From the NCBI RefSeq assembly GCF_042408735.1, contig NZ_JBHOQV010000156.1, positions 78,442 to 142,441 of the forward strand: 64,000 nucleotides of DNA. The letters are read 5' to 3'. The translations under genes and the position numbers were made by a program. The stretch is from Thermogemmatispora sp. (lineage in GTDB: Bacteria > Chloroflexota > Ktedonobacteria > Ktedonobacterales > Ktedonobacteraceae). Of the stretch, positions 31,057 through 39,256 are shown one piece after another; position 1 is the first letter of the stretch, and the number at the start of each line of letters is the position of its first letter. A model generated the notes under the pieces. The model was not told where the DNA came from, ran no database searches, and was given only the letters and a program-made list of their open reading frames with translations.

Positions 31057-31722
31057 TCAGGAGATGGCGGGCGGCGCCTGCAGGATGGCATCGTAGAACT
31101 GTATTTCATATTCATGGCTCAGACGGATGACGCGGGCCAGGCGCCGAGATTGAGCCGCTTCGAAGGTCTGTTCGCTGAGCCAGCGTTCCAAAGGGGGAAG
31201 TCGCTCACTGATGGCCAGATGGGCGCTGAAAAAGGCCACCTGGGAGGCATCCAGACCGTAATGGCGCATCAGCGCCGGATAGATACGCAGGCAGAGCTGG
31301 GCAAAGACGTCTTCGCTGGCCCCCACCGCCGCCAGCCACTCCCACGGGGAACCCGTCTCCAAGATCCAGTAGAAAAAGTTGAGCAGCGCCTGGCAGCCTG
31401 CCAATGGCTCAACCTGGGCAAAGGCGGTTCGAGGAACACCAACCGCCTCGCCGAAGCGTATCAGCAGTTCCGGGCCCCCTTTTTTAGCGGCCAGTTTATC
31501 GATGAGCATCTCCTGCAACTGTAGATCCGGCGCAGCCCGGGCGATAGCCAGAGCATCAAGACGATAAGCATCCTGGACAATGAGCCAGTCCTGGAGGGCG
31601 AAGAGGCCCAGCCTCTCCCTGGCAAGTGTACCATTCTCAATGCCGCTCCAGAAAGGGTGAGAAAGGATGCGCTCGCGCATCGCTTGTAGCTCTGTCGTGA
31701 GCAGCCGATCAAACCAGGCCAT
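31057..31722 (-). CDS. TenA/PqqC (heme-oxygenase-like fold) protein
   Basis: ILSHPFW, FALQDW, FFSAH, HEYEIQFYD. Confidence 0.7.
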   Translation of the reverse strand: MAWFDRLLTTELQAMRERILSHPFWSGIENGTLARERLGLFALQDWLIVQDAYRLDALAIARAAPDLQLQEMLIDKLAAKKGGPELLIRFGEAVGVPRTAFAQVEPLAGCQALLNFFYWILETGSPWEWLAAVGASEDVFAQLCLRIYPALMRHYGLDASQVAFFSAHLAISERLPPLERWLSEQTFEAAQSRRLARVIRLSHEYEIQFYDAILQAPPAIS

Positions 31723-31892
31723 TGCTCAACTCCTTGACTGTGGTTCTCTTCCTGGACTGATAGTGCGGCTCAGACCACCTGCACCGCTTCGTTGTTGCCA
31801 GGTGGGCCAGTGATCCGCTACACTTACAGCGGAGCTATGCATTCGGTCCTACCTGCCTCTGAGCAGGAGCGGGAGAAGGCGGGAACAGAAGC

Positions 31893-32183
31893 ATGTTGGA
31901 TAATCTGACGCTGATCCCCCTGTTTGCCTTTAGTCTGGCCGCCTTGATTTTCGTGGGTCTGGCGATCGACAGCTTTGTGGAGCGTGGCCTCTCCTTCTCC
32001 AGCCTGGCCCGCTTTTGTCTAGAGCTGGCCCTGAGCGGTCTGCTGCTCTTGCCCGTGGCCTATGTGCTGCTCGACGCCAGCGGCGAGTGGTACACCTTCG
32101 TCGGGATCACTGTCCTGTTGCTGGTGGCAGCCCTCGCTGCCCTGCTGGGTCAGCTTGTCCGACTCACCAGCCCCAGACGCTGA
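31893..32183 (+). CDS. Hypothetical membrane protein
   Basis: 96 aa with three hydrophobic segments. Confidence 0.55.
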   Translation: MLDNLTLIPLFAFSLAALIFVGLAIDSFVERGLSFSSLARFCLELALSGLLLLPVAYVLLDASGEWYTFVGITVLLLVAALAALLGQLVRLTSPRR

Positions 32184-32359
32184 GCGCCTACCAACCTACA
32201 CGGAAGAGGAATGCGTCGGTAGCAGACGGCACCACAAGGGCGGCGGCTGAGGGTCCCCAGGCCGGCCCCCCGACCTCAAGGATCCCGTCAGCCGTGCGCC
32301 CCACTGCCGACAGGCACCGGCACGCCACTCGCTTTCTTTCTTTGGCCGCTGATCTTCAT

Positions 32360-33928
32360 TCAGTGGCCAGGAGGCTCAGCCTGCCCAAGACCGGCCAGGG
32401 CGTGGAAGACATTTCTGAGGGCCGGATAGAGAGCGCGATATTGCTCGTAGAAGCGAGCATAGAGCGCAACCAGCTCAGGCCGGGGCGCCGTGCTCTCAAT
32501 TACCCTGACCGTGCTCGCGCAGGCGGCCTCGACCGAGGGATAGAGGCCAGCCGCTACTCCCGCCAGCAAGGCGGCGCCGAAGGCCGGCCCTTCACTGGCA
32601 TTGGTCACGGCCAGCTCAACACCCAACACATCGGCAATGATTTGGCGCCAAAGAGGACTCCGAGCGCCGCCCCCAGTGGCCCGCACCTGCTCTAGCCGCA
32701 ATCCCTGAGCCGTAATAATCGTGAAGCAGTCTTTGAGACTAAAGGCCACTCCCTCCAGCACGGCGCGGATGAGATGGCGACGGTCATGAGCGGCGGTCAG
32801 ACCGATCCATCCCCCACGAGCGTAAGCGTCGAGATGCGGCGTGCGCTCCCCCTGCAGATAAGGCAGGAAGAGCAGCCCCTGGCAGCCAGGTGGAGCGCCC
32901 TGCGCCTCGCGCGCGAGCAGCTCATAGGCATCCAGACCCGTCCAGCGCTCCAGGGCGCGCTCGGGGAGACCCAGGTAGTCGCGCACCCACCGCAACGAGA
33001 GGCCCGCCCCCTGCGTCACCCCCATCAGATACCAGGCGCGCGGCACGGCATGATTGAAGGTATGAATGCGCGGTATCGGCCCCGAGCGATCAACGTGGGG
33101 GGCCTCGGCATGGGCCAGCACGACGCCGCTGGTGCCGATCGAGACCAGAGCGAGACCGGGTCGCACCACGCCGTTGCCCACCGCCCCACAGGCATTATCA
33201 GCCCCACCACCGGCAACCGGTGTACCGGCAGGCAGGCCCGTGAGAGCGGCTACCTCCTCTGTGATTGCACCGGCGACGGCCTCAGCCGGCACCACCGGGG
33301 GCAGGAGAGCAGGATCAAGCCCGACAGCCTCCAGAACCTCGCGCGACCAGCTTCCCCCGGTCACATTCAGCAGGCAGGTCCCGGCGGCATCGGAGATCTC
33401 CATCGCCATTGTCCCAGTTAAACGGTAGCGGATGTAATCCTTGGGCAGCAGGACAGTGCGCACGCGCGCAAACAGTTCCGGCTCATGCTCACGTACCCAG
33501 AGAATCTTGGGCGCCGAGAAGCCCGGCAGAGCCGGATTAGAGACCAGCTCGATCAGACGCCCAGCCCCAACACGCTCGGTCATCCAGCGACACTGTGGCT
33601 CGCTGCGCTGATCCGCCCAGATGATGCACGGGCGAATCACCTGGGCCGCCTCATCTAAGAGGACAATGCCATGCATCTGGCCGGAGAGACCCACCCCACG
33701 CACGTCCAGGGGCCGCACCCCGGCTTGTGCTCCCTGCTCCAGGCAGGCGCGAATCGCCTCGAGCGTCGCCTGCCACCAGTCAGCCGGATTCTGCTCGGCC
33801 CAGCCCGGACGCGGATGAAAGAGCGGATAGTCCACAAAAGCTGAGGCCAGGGGACGGCCATCCGCCGCATCGAAGATGGCCGCCTTCACGCCAGTGGTGC
33901 CCAGATCAATACCAAGTAGCGCTTCCAT
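32360..33928 (-). CDS. xylB: Xylulokinase (FGGY kinase)
   Basis: LGIDLGTTGVKA, GLSGQMHG, GGGADNAC, ISIGTSG, PYLQGERTP, GGGARS. Start set at MEALLG. Confidence 0.88.
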   Translation of the reverse strand: MEALLGIDLGTTGVKAAIFDAADGRPLASAFVDYPLFHPRPGWAEQNPADWWQATLEAIRACLEQGAQAGVRPLDVRGVGLSGQMHGIVLLDEAAQVIRPCIIWADQRSEPQCRWMTERVGAGRLIELVSNPALPGFSAPKILWVREHEPELFARVRTVLLPKDYIRYRLTGTMAMEISDAAGTCLLNVTGGSWSREVLEAVGLDPALLPPVVPAEAVAGAITEEVAALTGLPAGTPVAGGGADNACGAVGNGVVRPGLALVSIGTSGVVLAHAEAPHVDRSGPIPRIHTFNHAVPRAWYLMGVTQGAGLSLRWVRDYLGLPERALERWTGLDAYELLAREAQGAPPGCQGLLFLPYLQGERTPHLDAYARGGWIGLTAAHDRRHLIRAVLEGVAFSLKDCFTIITAQGLRLEQVRATGGGARSPLWRQIIADVLGVELAVTNASEGPAFGAALLAGVAAGLYPSVEAACASTVRVIESTAPRPELVALYARFYEQYRALYPALRNVFHALAGLGQAEPPGH

Positions 33929-34114
33929 CGGCATGCATCCTGGAAAAGCAGACTGACAGAGTGGGGGCTGCTGGTCCGCTGGTCGAGTAGAACCAGGCGC
34001 GAGCCGGCCCGTTGTGCCGACCTGGCTTCCAGCTCCTGGACAGCTCACCCGGCCTGATCAACGAGAAGCCGCCCCCCTCCGACGTGGCAATCAGTCTGCG
34101 CTGTTCTCTTCTCC

Positions 34115-35182
34115 CTACGAGCGCTTCTTGCGCTGCTGAACGATGCGATCGATGTAGGCCTGATCGAGACCCAGCGTCTCGTAGACGATACGATAGCCCT
34201 CGACAGCGTCGGCACGGGCCCGCGCCTCAGCCAGAGCCTGGCGATCGATCTTGCGCGCCAGATCATCGATAAAGGCCCACTGCAACACAGAGCGGCGCAC
34301 CGCGGCGATCTGGTCCTCGGTATAGGGATAGAGATCGTAACCGATTCGCTCGCCATGCTGGCCATAGCCGACATCCTGCAGCGTCATGGCCAGCTCCAGG
34401 GTCTGCATAAAGAAAGAAGCGCCGACCATGTTATCGTCGTCGAAGGTGCCCCAGCCCGAGTTGGCATGCTGATGGCCCAGGCGCCCTTCGGCATGCAGAA
34501 GAGCGGCGTACTCGGCCAGGTTTTCCCCATTCATAATCAGATGCTGCCAGTCCATATTGACAAGCAGCCGCGAAGTATCGACGCCAAGACGCCCGATGCG
34601 CTCGATCGTATAGAGGCAGGCGGCGATATTGCGCATCAGAATGTTCATGGCCGGCTCGCTGTTCTTATGCTCCAGGAAGACCTTGACGCCCTTGGAAGCG
34701 GCATGGGCCACAACCTCAGCCACGCCCTCGACAAAGAGGTCCCAGGTGCGGGCGTAGTCGCGCTGGAAGTTATAGTTATAGCCCTCGGCCCCAGGCCAGA
34801 TAATGAAATTGGCGCCCAGAGCGGCAGCCAGATCAACACCGCGCTTGAGCGTCTCAATACCGCGGCGGCGCAGGGCGGGATCGGGGTTAATAAAGGCGCC
34901 GAGCTTGTAGGTGGGGTCGGTATGCAGTCCGGCGGCGATGCAATAGATGTCCATCGGGCCCAGAGCGGCCTTGATAGCCTCGACGGTATCCTCGTTGATC
35001 TCGCCCGGATAATGGTACTCGAGGCCATCGACCAGATCGGCCAGTCCATCAACCACGCGCTTCGTGCGCGTGACCATGTCCTCGTTGGCCACCTCGGGAT
35101 GGTAGCCGGGCGGGACAAAGCGCGTAACGTTGGGGCCAAAAGCCCAAATCCCAACGCTGTTCTTGATGGCTTGCTGTTCCAC
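34115..35182 (-). CDS. Xylose isomerase-like TIM-barrel sugar isomerase
   Basis: WAF, LHTDP, GAF, WPGAEG, EHKNSEP, DWQH, FDDD, GYDLYP; adjacent to xylB. Confidence 0.75.
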   Translation of the reverse strand: MEQQAIKNSVGIWAFGPNVTRFVPPGYHPEVANEDMVTRTKRVVDGLADLVDGLEYHYPGEINEDTVEAIKAALGPMDIYCIAAGLHTDPTYKLGAFINPDPALRRRGIETLKRGVDLAAALGANFIIWPGAEGYNYNFQRDYARTWDLFVEGVAEVVAHAASKGVKVFLEHKNSEPAMNILMRNIAACLYTIERIGRLGVDTSRLLVNMDWQHLIMNGENLAEYAALLHAEGRLGHQHANSGWGTFDDDNMVGASFFMQTLELAMTLQDVGYGQHGERIGYDLYPYTEDQIAAVRRSVLQWAFIDDLARKIDRQALAEARARADAVEGYRIVYETLGLDQAYIDRIVQQRKKRS

Positions 35183-35481
35183 TGCTCCCTCCTTAGAATG
35201 AGATTCCGGTGGACTGTCTCCCGGTACGGTTGTCTCTGTCTGGCCCCCCGTTGCCCAGGAAGCAATCGCCGATCCACCTTTAAGTATACACCCGCCGGGC
35301 CTGAAAAGGCGATGGGAAGGCAGAAGACCCGCCCAAAGCAGGGTTTCCCATCCCTCACCCGCTCACTGCAGCCGGCAATCAATCAAGCAGTCAGACAGAT
35401 AGACTGGCTGATCTGAAGCGTGCTGGGGAAGGATAGAGCAGAGTGAAACAGAGGTTCAAGAAGGGAAGCATAAAGAAGGTA

Positions 35482-35511
35482 TTGACAGAGAAAACCGGGG
35501 TTCTTTATAAT
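35482..35511 (+). promoter_or_regulatory. Consensus sigma70 promoter with no CDS for about 1 kb downstream
   Basis: TTGACA (35482-35487), 18-bp spacer, TATAAT (35506-35511). Confidence 0.75.
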
Positions 35512-35517
35512 CAGCCC

Positions 35518-36445
35518 ATCTACCAGCCTGGTTGATCTTGCAAGCTGGATAACCTGCTGGTAGCAAATCCAGGTTCAGTCAGCAGAAGAGCAGAGAGATG
35601 GCCATAGATCCCATGGCTCAAGCCGGGGGCCTGAAGGCGCCGGAAGGTGCCTGAGAGCTTTCAACGCAAGTCGGTATCTATGGCCTCCCCGAGCGTCGGA
35701 GGCCGGAGGACAAGGGCGATGAGGACGCTACGTTCCCCAAGTCATTACGTTCGGGGTGCTTCTCTAGCCTCCGAGAGACGTGGCCAGTGGCTAAAGAGCG
35801 CGCGGAGGTGTCAGCGAGCCGCATTCGGGCGGAGCATCTCCCACACGGGTCGAAACGATTGAAGGTGCCGTTGAAGGTCGCTGCGTTCATAAAGGCCACT
35901 CCCTGGGCGTTGCCCCATCGGCTTCTGTCCTTGGGTCTGCCAGTGGAAGGTGGGTGGAAGCGAGAACCAAGAAAGAGCCGTTGGAACGTGGGTTGCCGAA
36001 AGCGCACCTTTCCGATGCCTGCTCTGTAGATAGGCCGGAAAAGATCGCTAGAGCGCAAAAGGATGCGGCCACGTGGTCGGCCGTTGGCCGTGGCACGCAC
36101 AAGAGGCGCTTTGGCCGGCAGACTGGGGAGATGATGGTGGCCGACGCGCCAATGGAGAAGAATGCGGGAAGATGGATTGATTGGTCGCGTAGCTGTCCGT
36201 GTCAGCGAATATTTCGACAGTAAGGACAATGCAGGGAAACAGGTTTGTCCAGGCCGATCGGAAGGGCACCGGCAATTGTTGCAGCAAGCAGATGGATAGC
36301 CATACGAGAAGAAAACAACAGCGGGCCGACGTCCGCGCTGCACTTCCTCCCCATTGCCTAAAGGTGGGGGCATCCGTGCAGCGGAAAGGAATTGGTGAAA
36401 GCCAGGCCATGTGAGGTTTTACCACGACCATAGCGTAATGTCTCG
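35518..36445 (+). ncRNA. Candidate large structured ncRNA (~0.9 kb), family unassigned
   Basis: More than 12 helices found by eye, including long-range nested ones (35600-35609/35676-35685; 35707-35721/35916-35931; 35934-35941/36117-36124; 36137-36142/36405-36410). GNRA tetraloops, A/G-rich linkers, no credible ORF. Ends are approximate. Confidence 0.6.
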
Positions 36446-36549
36446 TAGGGGTTAAATTTGTGCGCTCCCCAAAGAGCTGCGCTCACCGCCCTGCTGTTAC
36501 CCGCGTTTCGCGGTGCAGACCTGGTATTTGCGAAGGAGGCTGTTCTTTC

Positions 36550-37875
36550 ATGAGGAGAAACTGGCTACGCTTTATGGCTCTGACGATGGGCCTACCCTTG
36601 CTTGTAGCAATGCTGGTAGCCTGCGGAGCCGGCACGACGACAACGGGTACGGGCACCAGCACGACGCAGGGGTCCACTATCATCAAGGTTGCCACTGATT
36701 TTCCAGTCAGCGGCGCGGATGCCGGTATTGGAAAATCGACCGAGAACGGGGCACACCTGGCTGTCGATGAGGCCAACGCCAACCATGTGATCCCCGGCTA
36801 CACGCTCCAGTTCGATCCCCAGGATGACGTCGGCGCCTCGGGCATGCACGATCCGACGAAGGGCGCGAACAATATGAAGGCTCTGGTCGGCGATGCTCTG
36901 GTGGCGGGCGTGGTTGGCCCGCTCAACAGTAACGTGGCCCAGGCCGAGATGCCGATTGCCAATCAGGGCCCGCTGGCAATGATCAGCCCGGCCAATACCA
37001 ATCCCTGCCTCACCAAGGAAGGGGCCGATGTGGGCTGCACTGGCGCCAACGATCTGGTTCCGAAGCTGCGCCCCACAGGAAAGGTGACCTACTTCCGCGT
37101 CGCAGCCACCGATGACCATCAGGGGCCAGCTATGGCCGACTACCTCTACAATACGCTGCATCTGCGCACGGCCTATGTCATCGATGATACCGAGACCTAC
37201 GGCGCTGGCCTGGCGAAGTACTTCGTCCAGGAGTGGACAAAGCTTGGTGGCACGGTGGTCGACGGCAAGAGCCATAGCGTCAAGAGCACGACTTCCTATT
37301 TGAACCTGCTGACCGCAGCAGCAGCCTCCAAGCCCGACGTGATCTACTTCGGCGGCAACTACTCGACCGGCGGGCAGTTGATCCAGCAGCAAATGATGAC
37401 TATCCCTGCCTTGAAGAACGCGGTCTTCGCGGGCGGCGATGGTCTGACCGGCAGCTCGGATTTCTATAAGCAGATCGTCAGCTCGGGCGGTAAGGCCTAT
37501 ATGACGGTCGCCGCTCCCGACGTCTCGAAGATCCCCGCTGCCCAGACCTTCGTTAAGAACTATACGGCCAAGTACGGCGATGTGGGTCCCTATAGCGCTG
37601 CGGCCTACGATTCCATGAATATCCTGATCCAGGCTATCAAGGTGGCCCTGACAAAGACCCATACGCCAAAGGATTCCAGCGATGCCGCTCAGGCCCAGGT
37701 CTTCCGCCAGGCCGTCATCGACGCCCTGAAGACCATCACCTATAACGGCATCACCGGCAAGATCTCCTTCGACCAGAACGGCGATACGACGAACAAGATC
37801 TTCACCATCTACCAGGTCACCACCGTCAACGGCAAGCCGGATCTGCTGGCGAAGGATGTCGTTACTGTCCAGTAA
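36550..37875 (+). CDS. livK: Branched-chain amino acid ABC transporter substrate-binding lipoprotein
   Basis: GAAGGAGG RBS then ATG 36550; lipobox LVAC; VVGPLNS, MISPANT, AYVIDD. Confidence 0.85.
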   Translation: MRRNWLRFMALTMGLPLLVAMLVACGAGTTTTGTGTSTTQGSTIIKVATDFPVSGADAGIGKSTENGAHLAVDEANANHVIPGYTLQFDPQDDVGASGMHDPTKGANNMKALVGDALVAGVVGPLNSNVAQAEMPIANQGPLAMISPANTNPCLTKEGADVGCTGANDLVPKLRPTGKVTYFRVAATDDHQGPAMADYLYNTLHLRTAYVIDDTETYGAGLAKYFVQEWTKLGGTVVDGKSHSVKSTTSYLNLLTAAAASKPDVIYFGGNYSTGGQLIQQQMMTIPALKNAVFAGGDGLTGSSDFYKQIVSSGGKAYMTVAAPDVSKIPAAQTFVKNYTAKYGDVGPYSAAAYDSMNILIQAIKVALTKTHTPKDSSDAAQAQVFRQAVIDALKTITYNGITGKISFDQNGDTTNKIFTIYQVTTVNGKPDLLAKDVVTVQ

Positions 37876-38247
37876 CAAGTAGTAGAGCGTTTTTCAAGCA
37901 GGCAGGCCAGCAACAGCAAGCGCCGAACCCAGGCGATGCGGCCAGCGGAGCTGGCCTGCCTTTCAGGTTTCTATCAGCTGTAGTTTCTACAGCCTCGGTC
38001 GGCTGAAGACCCTCTCCAGGCTGGTGTCCCTGTGGCTCCTGTTGCTTGCATAGTTCGCCGTTTCTACAGTCCTCATCGCCCACTTCAGCCGACTTTTCTA
38101 GATAAGGCGGGAGAAAGCCAGTCAGTCAGATAGCCAGCTAGCCTATCAGCCTGTCAGCTTCAGCCATCGACCACAGCTTTCTCTTGCCTTGCTCCTACCC
38201 GTCAGATGCTGGTATCATAAACTGGCAGAAGGTGAGGTGCAGGTTCT

Positions 38248-39210
38248 ATGAGTCCTACGACCCTGTTTTTGCAATTGCTCGTCGAGGGGCTTGTCATTGG
38301 GTCGATCTACTCACTGGTCGCCCTGGGCTATACGATGGTCTATGGGATCATCGAGCTGATCAACTTCGCCCATGGCGATATTTTCATGATGGGCACCCTC
38401 GTCAGCCTGTTCATGGTAACGAACATCTTTCACCTGTCAGACGTCTCCAAGATGCCATTTGGCAATATGCTTGCCATGCTCGTTATAACCTGCCTGGCAT
38501 CCATCGTCGTCTGTGCACTGCTTGGAGTGCTCATCGAACGGGTGGCCTACCGCCCGCTGCGCAATGCTCCTCGCCTGGCTCCGCTCATCTCGGCCATCGG
38601 CGTCTCGCTGGCACTGGAGGATATAGCTAAGGCCCTCATTGGCCCGAATCCTGTGGCGGCCCCATACATGGTACCGCTGGTCCACTACAACATCGGCTCG
38701 ATCGACATCACCAACACCGACATCATTGTGCTGGTTGTGGCCCTGGTCCTGATGGTGGGCCTGCAGTGGTTGGTGACGAGCACTCGCATCGGACGGGCGA
38801 TGCGGGCCGTGGCCCAGGATCGCGAGGCTGCCGCCCTGATGGGGGTCAACGTGGATCGAGTAATTGCCATCACGTTCCTGATTGGGGCCGGTATCGCCGG
38901 GGCGGGTGGCTTTGTTTTCCTGCTCTCCACCAACAACACAGTCTTCAATGTCGGCTTCGAGCTGGGGCTGTTCGCCTTCACCGCCGCAGTGCTGGGTGGG
39001 ATCGGCAACCTGGTCGGCGCTATGCTCGGGGGCCTGGTGATCGGCCTGATCCGCGCCATGGTCACCTACATTCCCGATCGTGATCTTCCTTTCGGCCTGC
39101 CGCATGGAGGCGTGGCCTGGCAGGATGCCGCTGTCTTCGCTATCCTGATCCTGATCCTGGTCTTCCGCCCCACTGGCCTCCTCGGGCAGCAATTGGCAGA
39201 GAAGGTCTAG
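38248..39210 (+). CDS. livH: Branched-chain amino acid ABC permease
   Basis: ALGYTMVYGIIELINFAHG, GRAMRAVAQD, AAVLGGIG. Confidence 0.9.
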   Translation: MSPTTLFLQLLVEGLVIGSIYSLVALGYTMVYGIIELINFAHGDIFMMGTLVSLFMVTNIFHLSDVSKMPFGNMLAMLVITCLASIVVCALLGVLIERVAYRPLRNAPRLAPLISAIGVSLALEDIAKALIGPNPVAAPYMVPLVHYNIGSIDITNTDIIVLVVALVLMVGLQWLVTSTRIGRAMRAVAQDREAAALMGVNVDRVIAITFLIGAGIAGAGGFVFLLSTNNTVFNVGFELGLFAFTAAVLGGIGNLVGAMLGGLVIGLIRAMVTYIPDRDLPFGLPHGGVAWQDAAVFAILILILVFRPTGLLGQQLAEKV

Positions 39211-39256
39211 CCACGAGGCGTGAACACGCACGCGTCGCTATAAGAGGTAACAACAG

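Noticed and set aside
31723-31892. TPP riboswitch upstream of the TenA-like gene
   Set aside because: A CTGAG is present, but the rest of the THI-box core is not.
35945-35968. T-box-like GAAGGTGGGTGGAAGCGAG upstream of the liv operon
   Set aside because: Has TGGAAGC instead of TGGNACC, no following terminator, and lies about 580 nt from livK.
35974-36025. GAGCCG...GAAA hairpin resembling group II intron domain V
   Set aside because: Too long and lacks the 34-nt DV geometry. No DVI or AY 3' end, no GUGYG 5' end at a plausible boundary, and no interrupted gene.
35647-36431. Short ORFs on both strands in the xylA-livK gap
   Set aside because: No RBS, no protein-like motifs, and mutually overlapping; better explained as chance ORFs in GC-rich DNA.
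35520-36445. RNase P, tmRNA or rRNA identity for the structured region
   Set aside because: Lacks GAGGAAAGUCC and the other RNase P cores, tRNA-like ends, and rRNA signature sequences.
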